Below, in pieces: positions 51,068-63,202 of a stretch of 64,000 bases of DNA. Each line of letters begins with the position of its first letter. Position 1 is the first letter of the stretch. The translations under genes were made by a program, and so were the position numbers. Source of the DNA: the human T2T-CHM13v2.0 reference genome, Homo sapiens; the NCBI RefSeq assembly GCF_009914755.1, contig NC_060929.1; one strand, written 5' to 3'. Below the pieces are notes generated by a model. It had not been told where the DNA came from, ran no database searches, and worked only from the letters and a program-made list of their open reading frames with translations.

Positions 51068-52510
51068 GAGAATTGGTACCAAGAGTAGGGTACTGCTATA
51101 AAGATAACTGAAAATGTGGAAGTGCCTTTGGAACTGAGTAATGGGCAGAGGTTGGAACAGTTTGGAGGGCTCAGAAGAAGACAGGAAGGTGTGGGAAATT
51201 TTGGAACTTCCTAGAAACTTGTTAAATGATTTTGCCCAAAATGCTGATAGTGATATGGATGATGAAGTCCAAGATGAGGTGGTCTCAGATGAAGATGAGA
51301 AACTTATTGGATACTAGAGTAAAGATCACTGTTGCTATGCTTTAGCAAAGAGATTGACAGCATTTTGTCCCTGCCCTAGAGATCTTTGAACTTGAGAAAG
51401 ATGATTTAGGGTATCTGGCCGAAGAAATTTCTAACCAACAAAACATTCAAGATGTGACCTGGCTGTTTTTAAAAGTGTACACTCATGTGTGCACAAGGGG
51501 ATTGTCTGAAACTGGAACTTATATTTAAAAGGGAAGGAGAGCACAAAAGTTTGGAAAAGTTGCAGCCCAGCCATGTGGTAGAAAAGAAAAACCCCTTTTC
51601 TGGGGAGAAATTCAAGCCTCCTGCAAAAAATTGCCTAAGTAAAGTAGTACCAAACGTTAGTAGCCAAGACAATGGGGGAAATTTTCTCTAGGGCATTTCA
51701 GAGACCTTCACAGCAGCCCCTCTCATCACAGGCCCAGAGGGCTCAGAGGAAAAAATGGTTTCCTGGGCCAGGCCCAGGTCCCACCTGCTCTGTGCAGCCT
51801 CAGAATATGGCACCCTGAGTCCCAGCCACTCCAGCTCCAGCAGTGGCTAAAAAGGACCAAGGTACAGCTTGGACCATTGCTTCAGAAGGTGCAAGCCCCA
51901 AGCATTGGTAGCTTCCATGTGGTGTTGGGCCTGCAGGTGTGCAGAAGGCAAGAGTTGAGGTTTGGAAACCTTCATCTAGATTTCAGAGGATGTATGGAAA
52001 CACTTGGATGTCTAGGCAGAAGTCTGGGGCAAGGATGGAGCCTTTATGGGGCAAGGATGGAACCTCTACTAGGGCAGTGCAGAGGGGAAATGTGGGGTTG
52101 AAGCCCCCACACAGAGTCTCCACTGGGGGTCTGCCTAGTGGATCTGTGAGAAGAGGGCCATCATCCTCCAGACCCCAGAAGGGTAGATCTATGAACAGCT
52201 TGCACCATGCACCTGGAAAGGCTGCAGGCACTCAATGCCAGCCCATGAAAGCAGCCATGGGGGCTGTGCCCCTCAGAGCCACAGGGGCAGAGCTGCCTAA
52301 AGTCTTAGGAGCCCACTTCTTGCATCAGCATTCCCTGGATATGAGACATAGAGTCAAAGGAGATTATTGTGGTTTTAGGATTTAATGATTGGCGTGCTGG
52401 GTTTGAGACTTGCATGGGGCCTGTAGCCCCTTTGTTTTGGCCAATTTCTCCCATTTGGACTGAGGGCATTTATCCAATGCCCGTATTCCCATTGTATCTG
52501 GGAAGTAACT
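51068..52510 (+). mobile_element. MSTA/THE1 internal region, 3'-truncated (no 3' LTR)
   Basis: AATTGGTACCAAGAGTAGGG...GAAAATGTGGAAG...TTTGGAGGGCTCAGAAGAAGACAGGAAG; ends CCCATTGTATCTGGGAAGTAACT. Confidence 0.93.
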
Positions 52511-52684
52511 CTTTAAAAACTCTTTCTTGTTTACCACTTATTATAACTATATCCTTCCTACTATTAGTAAACAATTTTTATGTGAACAATTCTCTTTCTA
52601 GGCATGAACAGCTACTTAATTTCATGAAGTTGCATATGTTTATATCATTTATCATACTTTGTTTTTGTTCTTGTTGTTTGTATA

Positions 52685-53046
52685 GAGTAGTTTCTCCTTA
52701 TGTATGGGTGATACATTCCAATACCTCCAGTGGATGCCTGAAACTGCAGATATCATCAAACCCTATATATGCTGTTTTTTTTTTTGATCTGATAATTGAG
52801 AGGGCTCCTAGGTGACTAATGAGCAGGTAGTATATACCGTATGAAAATACTGGACAAAGGGATGATTCACATCCCAAGTGGGATGAAGCAGAACAACATG
52901 AAATTTCATCATGTTACTCAGAACAATGGCAATTTAAAATTTATGAAATGTTTATTTCTGGAATTTTACATTTAATATTTTTGGACCAGAGTTGACCATG
53001 AGTAACAAACTGCAGAAAGTGAAACCACAGCTAAGGGGGGCTATTG
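52685..53046 (-). mobile_element. MER44A-like (Tigger7) TcMar MITE
   Basis: Degenerate TIRs GAGTAGTTTCTCCTTAT / CTAAGGGGGGCTATTG, TA on both sides; GGACAAAGGGATGATTCAC and TTTATTTCTGGAATTTT cores. Confidence 0.88.
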
Positions 53047-53059
53047 TACTTGACTCTTC

Positions 53060-53170
53060 CTGCCTATGAGATTATATACTTCTGAGCAGGAGACATTGCT
53101 ATACTCATCATTGCAATCCCCCACAGTGCCTTGAATATGCCAGAGGTTTACTTAATATTTGGTGAACTGA
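53060..53170 (+). mobile_element. L2 3' end fragment
   Basis: CCCCACAGTGCCTTGAATAT ... TTAATATTTGGTGAACTGA. Confidence 0.55.
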
Positions 53171-53241
53171 GTATGTAGCTCCATGTTAGATTATTAGGCT
53201 TAGTGAATATTGGAACTACTGCATTCTTGTATACTGTAAGC

Positions 53242-53461
53242 CAGTTATTCCTCAATGGGAGATGATTTTACCCCTAAGGGGACATTTGGTAATATCTGGA
53301 GACGTTTTTCATTTTCACAATTGTGTATGTTTAGGGTCCCATGGTATTTAGAGAGTAGAGTTCAGGGATGCTGCTCAACATTCTACAAGGCACAGGATAG
53401 TTCCCTGAAACAAAAAATTATCTGACCCAAATGTTGATGGTGATGAGGTTGAGAAATCCTG
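53242..53461 (+). mobile_element. MER20 hAT-Charlie MITE
   Basis: CAGTTATTCCTCAA...GGGGACATTTGGTAATATCTGGAGAC ... CAGGGATGCTGCT ... GAGGTTGAGAAATCCTG; degenerate 8-bp TSD CTGTAAGC/CTTTAAAC. Confidence 0.92.
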
Positions 53462-55899
53462 CTTTAAACACAAAAAAAATATATCCACAAAAATATGTTT
53501 ATGGGCCAATATAGTCTTGTACTAATAATAATAACCAGTATTTTATAATAAATATCACTTAAATAGGATTCAGCTTTTGAGAAATGCAATTCTGTTATTT
53601 GAGGGATTTCTGAAATTAGAAATTTATTTGAGAGTTTTTATAGAGCTTTATTTTCATCATGGTGTAAATGTTATTAACCTCATAGCTCATCTCAACTTAT
53701 GATGTAAGTTCAATAGAGGAATATTTCTCTTGCTTTAAAAATTTGGTTTAATATTTTATAAAAATGATAAACAGATGCCAACCTTGCATATATTTTTAAA
53801 AAGTAGTTTCAATGTTTTCAAATATGTTTGAGTTTTATAAATATTATCATAGAATAAAATCTTATGGGTATATTTAGTTTTTTCTTATGTATTATTATGC
53901 AATTGAAGAATTAAATGTAAAGGACATGAAAGAGCATGCTCCAGATAAAGACATAGAAAACAGAGACATAGAGAACATAGAGAATAATACTCTTTACCTT
54001 TGCTTAAGAGGTAAGATACCCATTTTCTGCTTGATCAATCTTAGGCAAGCTATGGTATTAGGGAAGTAGTGGCAGGATGGTTATATTGGGAATTGGAGAA
54101 AAAGCTGTGTCAAGACTTGTTTAAAGTAGAAAAAGAACTCACCCCTGTGTTCCCCTTCTCTAGTATCTTCCTTCTCAGTTGCTAAGAATGTGGCACAGCC
54201 TGTAATGTAGCCTGATTCTTTACCTGGACTGCATGATTCTGTAGTCCACTAATATTTCAGGGAATGCTAGGGTTGTGATATTTCTGCCATCTGCCTGTTG
54301 AGACATTGTCATACGATACATTTTGATGCTTGGATCCATAAGAGAGAGAAATAGGAATTAGTTTTCTACATCACAAGGCTAAGTTTTCACCTTATCTCTT
54401 TTAGTTCAACAGAAGGCAGGGCACATGCGTTTTCTACTCTTCTCTTTATTTAAAAAAATGATGATGATGATAATAATAATACCTATCCTACGTAAGTGAA
54501 ACTACTGGTTTCATAAATGGGTCTTGAAAGCTAACACATTCTACAAATTACGTGAATTATTATTTAACAAGTACATACTTGAGTTTTGAGGAGAGAAAAA
54601 AACTCTTTAAAACTTTTAGAAGCCTCTTCTTTTTCTGACAATATGGCAGTAAGTGAAAATTTTCCTTCTGGAGGATCCTAGAAACTGCTGTGTTGGGTCA
54701 CAGCTTTTGAAGATAGAGTAAGTTTTTCTGTGAGGAAAAGTTGATAGAATATGTGCTTCCCCCCACCCTTTTTAAACTTCAAAAATAAGACTCTAATTAC
54801 AGATATCTTTTCCAGATTGAACCACCACTAATTTAACCAAAAACATGTGTGTGTAACAAAAGAACTTGTAAAAGGAACATTTGAGGTTTCACATGGATTT
54901 TTGCAAAAGACAAACACAGTAAAATCACAGAATTGGCTGACGGACACTCTGCTATACTAAGGCTATAAAGGTTTTATTGAGTCCTTGGGACTTATAATAT
55001 CCATTCATCCTTCAAGAGAAACGAAAGGTCTTAATCCACAGAGGATCTTTCCACAGCTTACCAGAGAAGCAAATCCTCCCACCTTGAATGACACAGTCTA
55101 GGGCTTTCCGGAGCCCAGTGTGATTTGCACATCTGATCTTCATCGATCCCAGTATCAGATGTGCTGTGGAGAGGTCTCAGCCCTGTCATTTAACATATGA
55201 CCTGAAATGATATGAGAACTGGAGTTACTGCTGTATGTTTCTGATTAGGAAATTGCCCATTTTGCAACTCTCATTTCAGAAAGATGCCTAATAATGCCAA
55301 GAGTACTAAATAGATATTCACCAATCACCAAAAAATGTAAGTTTAACTGACTCATATTCAAGATGAATGTGCTCAGAACTAGACACCTAGAGACCACCTA
55401 TTAAAACCAGGAAGGCTGACAAATGGAGATGCACTCTACACCCCATGGAAAAGCCCTCAAAGTTTTGTAGTGATATTGAGAAAAATTTTTTAATAAGTTG
55501 AATTCAATAAACAGTTCCTTTTCCCTTGTGCTGCCTAGTTACGCACTCTTATTTTCTTTGTCCTTGCTCATAAGCTGTTAAGAGAAATTGTTGAGAAGCT
55601 GAGCAGACCAATACACTAGACCAAGAGCCTTAGAGGCCATCAGATAGCTTAGATAGATAGGCAATATCTGCTGTATTATTACACTACTTGGAAATGAGGA
55701 GGGTCATTGTAATGAGAAATATCCTTTGGACTGTTTTGAAACACTGCGATTGAGGGGGAGGAGAAAGGGGAGCTGTTGCTTAGCAGTTATCTATTTTGTC
55801 AATTATAGGGGCCCAGTATATCCACATTCCCAGTCCTGAGCACAACAGATTCTTCTCAAACAAGAAGAAAAGAGAAATACCTGTGGGCAAACACTATTC

Positions 55900-56178
55900 T
55901 TTTTCTTTTTTAGCAGCTTTATTGAGGTATAATTGACAAAAATGTATATATTTAGGGTGTACAACATGATGATTTTATATACATACACATTGTGAAATAT
56001 TTACCACAGTCAAGTTAATGAACACATCAATCATGTCACATAATAACCTTTTTTATTTTGTAGTGAGAACAGAAGATCTAGTCTCTTACAAATGTCAAAT
56101 ATACACTATATCATTATTAAGTATAGTCACCATACTGTATGTCAGAGTCCCAGAAGGTATTCATCTTATGAATGCAAG
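55900..56178 (-). mobile_element. L1MA8/9-like 3' UTR fragment
   Basis: GCTTTATTGAGGTATAATTGACA ... GTGTACAACATGATG ... CAGTCAAGTTAATGAACACATC ... TATAGTCACCATACTGT. Confidence 0.85.
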
Positions 56179-56849
56179 GTATTTGGGGGTAATGCTTTAT
56201 TACTTATCTCTCAAATTCTTCTATACTGGTAATAAAAGTAATTGTGAAGCCACCATCTCTAATAATCACTGGTTATCTGGTGATACATACAGCAGTTATT
56301 ATATAGAATAATATTATAATTTCTTGTCTAAATACTTTTAGTAAAAAATAATTAATAAATATCTGGGTAAAGGCAGCAAGTAATTCAGGGTCACACACAT
56401 TTTTCCAATATTAAACAAAATAAAATTTAAAAAGTTAACCAAAAAAAAGCAGCCAAAAATTTACTAGTAGCAATCAAACCAGGAAAAATACTAAATTTTA
56501 TGACAAATATTTCTAAAGGTGAAGCCAAGGAAAAAACTTGAAATGTTTCTACGTAGGTTTAAGCCACAGTCAGACCAACAGCCAGAAGCAATACCAATGA
56601 AAGAATGATAATTAATAAAATCTTATGAATATGTATCACTATTCTTTAATGTGGAGAGATGTGAGTCAATGAAATGAGTAGGAAATACTGGGAAATTAGA
56701 AAAATATTTAAGTATGAAACACCTACCTGTCACTATAAGACCAGAGCAAAGGCAGAGAGGACAGTGAGGGTTTGCAGTTTTCTGGTCCCTTGCTGAACTG
56801 GGAGAATGGAAGGAGTCTACATCCATGGTGGGTGGAATGAGCTGCTGTG

Positions 56850-57730
56850 CAGGATTTTTAATGGAATTTTGGAAGGGAAAGCAGAGTTCATGTCCCTTTT
56901 AATGAGTCAACAAACTAGGCCCTTACACTCACCAGTTTGTACACTGAAACTTCAAAAAAGTAAATAGACAGCAGTTCCTAGACCTCAAAGTATAGCTTGA
57001 GTGGCAAAAGACAAATCAATTCCATATAAGATGAGAAGGAAATGGAAGATAATTCACTTATACCATATTAGAGCTCATAAGTTCTGCATATTTTGCATAA
57101 GCAAGGTGAAAAAAAGTCATGACAAATATGCAAATGTGTTAAAGCAAAATGTTTTAAATGGGAAAAGGGGAGAAAGGAAGGAAGGATGAAGGGAAGGAAA
57201 AAAAAGATGCAGCAGGCATAACAAAATGGACTCAGTTTGGAAGAAAACACAGACCAAGAAAAAGAAGCAGATTTCCCACAAGTGTCAAAGAAAAACGGAA
57301 TAAGATTCATTCAATAAAACAGGCCTTAAAGATGAATTTTTTTAAAAAAAGGTAGAATAATGTTAACATGGAAAGTGAAATAGAGAGACAAAATTGAGAA
57401 CTAGGCAAAACATTACAGAGTTACCAAGTTAACCATAAAGGGAAAGGAATGTAGTAATGGCAAAGAGAAAATCCTTGAGATAATTACTCTGAATTCAGAA
57501 AAAAAAAAAAAGGAGACAAGGAATAATCACAGAGTTGATGAAAAAGATGGAAGGCAGAGATGATACAACATAGGAATAATTGGTTTCCTTTAATTAGGGA
57601 CCCATACTAATGGAACAGAAATAAGTTTACAGAAAACTTTTCCCTAAAGGAAGGAAGAAATAAACTATATATTGAAATGACGTGTGGTATATAAGAAAAA
57701 AACTGATTGATAAAGAAGAATTTACATGGA
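56850..57730 (+). mobile_element. Ancient L1ME/HAL1-like ORF1 region
   Basis: Very A-rich; CAACATAGGAATAATTGGTTTCC and AGAAAACTTTTCCCT resemble ORF1 NIRIIGV and ENFP motifs. Confidence 0.45.
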
Positions 57731-57734
57731 AACC

Positions 57735-58255
57735 TCACTTCAAATAAAATCTGAAGACCTTCAATTGCCTCAAAGCCCAAGGTGACACATATGTCCATTG
57801 CCTCTGTGACTTCATCTCATATTTATTCTTGGCAGAACTCACTCTTCACTGGCCATGCTTATCTTCCTTGCTGTCACTCAATATGTCAGTGACAATAATG
57901 CCCATGGTCTTTGCATCTGCTCCACTTTATGCCTAGAAGGCTCCTCATCAGATACCCACATACCTGGATTCTTTATTACCTTCCCAGTAAGACTTTCCTT
58001 GCTCGTTAAAATCGAAACACAGTATTCAGTCATTCTCATCCAACTTTCTCACTTGATTTTCTCCATAGCAATTATCTCCTTCTGATATATTATGTAATTT
58101 ACTTTTTATTTTAGTTTCTGTTTCTGTCTACAATACAAGGTATCTACCCCCAAGGACAAGATTTTGCTTTTATTTTTGTTTTGATTTTACTGCTCTTAGT
58201 TCTAAAAAATGACTGACATATTATAGATAATTGATAAGTATTTATTAAATAAATG
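57735..58255 (+). mobile_element. L2a-like 3' region
   Basis: GGTCTTTGCATCTGCT...TGCCTAGAAGGCTC ... TTTTCTCCATAGCAATTATC ... ATAAGTATTTATTAAATAAATG. Confidence 0.8.
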
Positions 58256-58362
58256 ATGCCTGTGGGTTATTGCCTGCTAAAGAAGCAAGCCAGCCATCTC
58301 CAGTAAACAAGCAAGAATGAATCAATAAAGACAGTAAAGGCACCAGGACTAAGTCTGGCAGG

Positions 58363-58561
58363 CAGTGCTGTGCAGGAGCCAGTGTCCCCCGGCTCCTAGA
58401 GCCAACTCTGTGCATCTCTTCTCAACTCTGTGTTCAGTGACATCATACGGTAACCTGAAATCAGCCACGAGAGCATTCATACCACAGAAATCAGCAAATG
58501 CTACAAGTGAGGGCACTTTTCCTAGAGAGCTGGCTATTCAACCTTTACTAGTATATGGCTG
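58363..58561 (+). mobile_element. MER63A-like hAT-Blackjack MITE
   Basis: CAGTGCTGTGCAGGAGCC ... GCATCTCTTCTCAACTCTGTGTTCAGTGACATCA ... CACAGAAATCAGCAAATGCTACAA ... TTTACTAGTATATGGCTG. Confidence 0.85.
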
Positions 58562-58574
58562 TGTAAATGAAGCA

Positions 58575-58750
58575 ACTAAACATGGAATCAGAGGACTGAA
58601 ATTTGAATCCCAGCTCTACTACATACTAGTTCTCTAATTTGGGAAGATCATTTCCCATGGCTGAGTGTCGGTTTTCTCGACTTTAAAGTGAGAGGGAGAA
58701 AACCCGTCATGAAGGTGGTCTGAGATATAACACATAGAAGGGACTTTGGA
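58575..58750 (+). mobile_element. MIR
   Basis: TGGAATCAGA...TTTGAATCCCAGCTCTACTAC ... CTGAGTGTCGGTTTTCTC. Confidence 0.7.
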
Positions 58751-58859
58751 ATCTCTAATCTCTACTCACTTGGCCTCTCCACTCCACATAGCCCAGGCAC
58801 CGTTGAAAACCCTCACTGCCTACTCCCTGGATTGTCTGGGCTATCAGGTAACGAGATTT

Positions 58860-59950
58860 ATTTGTATTACATAGTTGGATACAGCTTCCAGTATTTTGTT
58901 AATGATTTTGAATTTTAGTCTGTAATTTTGTAGTTTAGCTACAAAATTCTGTAGATAAGACTTTTCTATCTTGTTTTGGAATCAAAGTAATACAGATTTC
59001 ATTAAAAAAATTGAGAAGCATTCTCTAATTTTCTGTTCTCTGGGAGAGTTTTTATAAGACTGACTGAAATAATTTCCTTTTGGAATATTCAATAGAACTT
59101 GCTTGCTTCTGGACCTGGTGGTATTTTGAAAGCTATATTTCTATTGATTTGATTCATTTAAATGTTACAAAGATACTAAAGGTTTTGTTTTTGTTGATTC
59201 AGCTTTGATAAGTTATATTTTCCCAAGAATGTGTATATTTTATCAAATATTCAAGGCCAATAAACATTCAAAATGTTTTCTCTTTTTTTGACTATATATT
59301 TTTTTAAATAGTACAATCTACAGGAAATACCCATGATGTCTAAGGCAGGTAACCTGACTCTAACATTAACAAAATACTGCCTAGCATCAGGAAAATAACT
59401 CATGCCAAGTATCAAGAAGTCAGAATATTAGAAAAGAAGACAAGGTAGATAAAGTACAGTCAAAAACAAAAGGAATGTAACATAACAAAATCAAAATTGC
59501 TAAACAGGAAGAGAATATAAAATCTGTAGTTTCCATATTAAAAACAGAAATTATAAAAGTAAATATGCATTACATTTTAAAATAAGGCATATATTTAATT
59601 TATTAGTAAAAATGAAGACTGAAGGGTGGGAAACATTATGGCTAAATGTATATTTTTAAATTGATTATGAAATTGGGCTTTTACATGGAATTATCAGTTT
59701 GGTAGATGCTAAATAACTGTGTGCCTCACTGCTGCTCTTTTATTTGAACTCTTTGTTTGTAACCTCTCTCTTTTTCCACTGTGTTGGTGTTATTTTTTGT
59801 TTGTGAATCTTTTTCTTTGTGAGTCTCAATTTTTGATGTACATATGGGGAGCTTATGCCATTAAGTGACTATAATAGCATCTCTGTGTGTGTGTGTGTGT
59901 ATATATATGTATATGTATATATGTATACATATACATATATATACACACAT

Positions 59951-59981
<31 letters not shown>

Positions 59982-60830
59982 CATGTACACACAGAATATA
60001 TATATCTATCTTCATGGTAAATATCACTAAGAATGCTTTAGGGCATAAAGCCTATTTTGTCTGTTACTAAATAGCCATACTAGGTTTATTTTGATTGGTT
60101 TTGCCTGGTATATCTGTTCCCCATGCCTTGACTCCAACCTGCCTGTGTTTTAATGCACTGTCTGTTATAACACATAAACCTGGAATTTGTTTTTCCCTTC
60201 TCCTGCCATTTCAATTGATTAATATTTTTAAATTCAAATTTTCTCTTTATTTTCCTGGAGTTTACACATTGTATTTCTACCATGTTAGTGGTTACCCTTA
60301 AATTGTTCACATTAGTAATTGATTTAACACAGTCTAAAGTTAATCATTATCTTTATTATCTTTTCACATAATGCAAGGACCTTAGAATAGCTTAAAGCTA
60401 ACCAGTTCCTCTTAAGTGTTATTGCTAGCTAGTGCACCATTTCAATCTTTTTAGAGTTCTAAGAACAAGTATTATTATTATTGTTTGAAATAGTATTTAT
60501 TTAGATATAACCATGTGTTTACCATTTTCTTTGCTCCTTCTCCTTAGTGGATCTCCACCCTCCCTGCTGGAATCATTTTATTTGCTTATAGTGTACTTTT
60601 TAAAAAGTGCATTGTATGTTATGGCATATTCTCTTGTTTTTGTTTCTCGTTTGAAAAGATCTATTTTTTGGTCTTCATTCTTGAATGATAGTTAAGTTAA
60701 TGGCTATTTTCCCACAGCATTTTAGAGATATTAGTTCACCACGGTCAGTCTTCCATTGTTACTGTTAAGCAATCTACTGCCTGTTAAATTCCTTTGTGGT
60801 TAATCTCCTTTCCTCTCTGACCTTTTTTGC
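58860..60830 (-). mobile_element. Fragmented ancient L1ME-like element (ORF2 N-terminal and inter-ORF pieces)
   Basis: TTTTGGAATCAAAGTAAT...TTCTCTGGGAGAGTTT; CTATTTTGTCTGTTACTAAATAGCCA...TTTGCCTGGTATATCT. Confidence 0.6.
59884..60005. repeat. Compound (TG)n-(TA/TATG)n-(CA)n microsatellite, self-complementary
   Basis: TGTGTGTATATATATGTATATGTA (59894-59917) is the exact reverse complement of 59926-59949. Confidence 0.95.
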
Positions 60831-60987
60831 GGTTTTCTCATAGTCAATATATGTAATTGCTAACTGTCATAAATGCCTTCCTGTATAACTAGCCTAAAAT
60901 ATTTTATATGTTAGGAAGATGATTTTTTTCTTAGTCTTATGAAAACTATACTCTATATGGTTATTTGCCATTCCTTTATTAATTGTT

Positions 60988-61105
60988 TCATTTAGTTAAC
61001 ATTTATGGAATATCCTCTACATTTATGGAGTTGTTCTAGGTACCAGCAATAGAGGCAAAAACAAAGCAAAGAAGGCCTGTGCTCTAATAGAGCTTATCTT
61101 CCACT
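60988..61105 (-). mobile_element. L2 3' end fragment
   Basis: AACATTTATGGAATATCCTCTA ... TGTTCTAGGTACCAG ... CCTGTGCTCTAATAGAGCTTA. Confidence 0.65.
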
Positions 61106-61349
61106 TTCAGTTAAGTCTCACCTCATTTTTCCATAGGCTTTAAAAATATTGGGTTAATTAGCAATTTTCCTTATGTGCTCGATTTTCCACCCCTAATAAT
61201 TATTATCTTTCTTGTAAGCCTTCTTAACACCTACTTTGTAACCTTGAGTCTGCGAAAGTATATTAATGATAAGCAAGGCTCTAATGAAGACTTTGATGGT
61301 CTCAGAGTCAAAAGTTCTCTTTAATTTCAGAGTTACAAAAAAGCACACC

Positions 61350-61500
61350 GAGGTGGAATTTAGGATACTAGGACTCTTGTTCAAACTTCAGTGGTTGAGC
61401 GGTCTTGAAAAAATTCCTAAACGATTCTGAGTTCTAATTTCCTAAATTCTAAAATGAAGAAGTAGTCTCAATAATTCTTCAAGTTCATCTAGTTCTACTG
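61350..61500 (+). mobile_element. MIR fragment
   Basis: TCTGAGTTCTAATTTCCTAAATTCTAAAATGAAG ... TCTAGTTCTA. Confidence 0.5.
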
Positions 61501-61606
61501 CTTTACTTTCCAAAGGAGTAGCAAGTAGACACCTTGGATAAGTCCTGAAATTTATCCTCTCCTATTCAGTTGTAAAGAGAAAGAGTGCTCTTTGCATAAG
61601 AGCATT

Positions 61607-62070
61607 TGTATCAGGAATGACTTCATTTGCGAGTACAGAAAATCCAGTTTCATGGATAAACAAATAGGAGGTTAGATTTATTATTTCATGTGATAATAAG
61701 TCTTAAATAGGCGAGTTCAGGATTAATATAGTTGCTTACATATGTCACAAGGGGCCCAGGCTCCTTCTACTTTTCTACTTTGTCATCATGAGCAAGAAGC
61801 ATTTGTTCTCACTGTGGCAGGATGGCAGCCATGCCTCCAAGCCTTTCCTTTCCCTTTCAGGCAGCAGAAGAGACAAGGAGAAAAAGCTAAAGAGGCAAAG
61901 TGGGCCACAGCAACTGAGTCTGTTCCTTTCTTAAAAAGCTTTCTTGGAAATTCTCCCACTGACTTCCATGAACAAATAATTATCCAGAATTGTGTCACAT
62001 GGTATTACTATCTGTAAGTAGCCATGAAAATTTTACTATTTTAGTTTTCAGCCTTTCTAACAAAGAAAGC
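61607..62070 (-). mobile_element. MLT1K-like MaLR LTR
   Basis: TGTATCAGGAATG...TAAACAAATAGGAGG ... GGCCCAGGCTCCTTCT ... CAGGATGGCAGCC ... CCAGAATTGTGTCACATGG. Confidence 0.7.
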
Positions 62071-62851
62071 TAACACATACTTAAACTGACAAAGTCATTA
62101 CCTGTCTTGCCTTTGTTAAAAAAAAAACATAAAGACTTAGATACAAGGAAGTGTGCTAGGAGAAAACATCAAAACATCTAATCATTATAAAAACAAACGA
62201 CAAAATTCAGTGATGGAAAGTAAGAATTAACTGAAAATGTGTGATTTTGAATGAAATTCGTGTTTCCTTCACCCTGCATTTTGATCATGTCACATGTTCT
62301 CTTGATACAAAAGCAAGATGCTTTCCATTATCTTTGTTCTATATACATACAGATGACCTTAAAGTGCAGAGACAGAGACAAAGGAAGAAGAGAGGTATTC
62401 AGTGCAGAGTTGAATGTAGTTACTTTCTATGTTCTCAAGCCACCTTGACTTGAAGATGATCACGTAGCTTTTAATTATATACAATGGAATTCATGTTGTC
62501 AATCAACTGGGTTTATTCTGTGGACTGCTCTTTGCATAGAGGAGAGTGGCTTTAAACAAATTATCTTCTACCATTGTTTTATTTTCCCTCTGATATGAAT
62601 CCTTTCTAGTGCACTTGGCTCTCAATGCTTAATGCTTAAGGTATACTATGAGTCTGACTGCTTAATGTTGCTTAATGCTTCAAATGTAGTAGGATATAAT
62701 GGAAATGATGTGAGGTTAAAGATCACAAGACCTGGATTCAAGTGCTTCCTTCTATGAAGCTCACCAATCATATCATCTGTCAAAACATTAAAGGAAACAT
62801 TACTACCCACACCATGTGATTGTTGTAACAGTCAATGAGAAAAAAATAACC

Positions 62852-63202
62852 ATTAAGTCTCACCTATTTGCATTTGTTTTTGTTGCATTTGCTTTTGGGT
62901 TCTTGGTCATGAAGTCTTTGCCAAAGCTAATGTCTAGAAGAGTTTTTCTGATGCTATCTTCTAAAATTTTTATGGTTTCAGATCCTAGATTTAAGTCTTT
63001 GATCCATCTTGCATTGATTTTTGCATAAGGTGAGAGATGAGGATCCAGTTTCATTCTCTTACCTGTGGCTTGCCAATTAATCCCAGAACCATTTGTTGAA
63101 TAGGGTGACCTTTCCCCACTTTATTTTTCTGTTTGTTTTGTCAAAGATCAGTTTGCTATAAGTATTTTGGGTTTATTTCTAGGTTCTCTATTCTGTTTCA
63201 TT
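62852..63202 (-). mobile_element. L1PB inverted 5' segment (ORF2)
   Basis: Minus ORF KLDPHLSPYAKINARWIKDLNL..ETIKILED..RKTLLDI..GKDFMTKNPKANATK is L1 ORF2p. Confidence 0.95.

Noticed and set aside
51939-52815. Two 148-aa ORFs
   Set aside because: MaLR internal ORF remnant and read-through into AT-rich DNA/MER44; non-ATG starts
55136-55147. Minus-strand ATCGATGAAGA resembling a conserved 5.8S rRNA motif; also checked for a hammerhead core
   Set aside because: Only ~11 nt match with no flanking similarity; no CTGANGA...GAAA core
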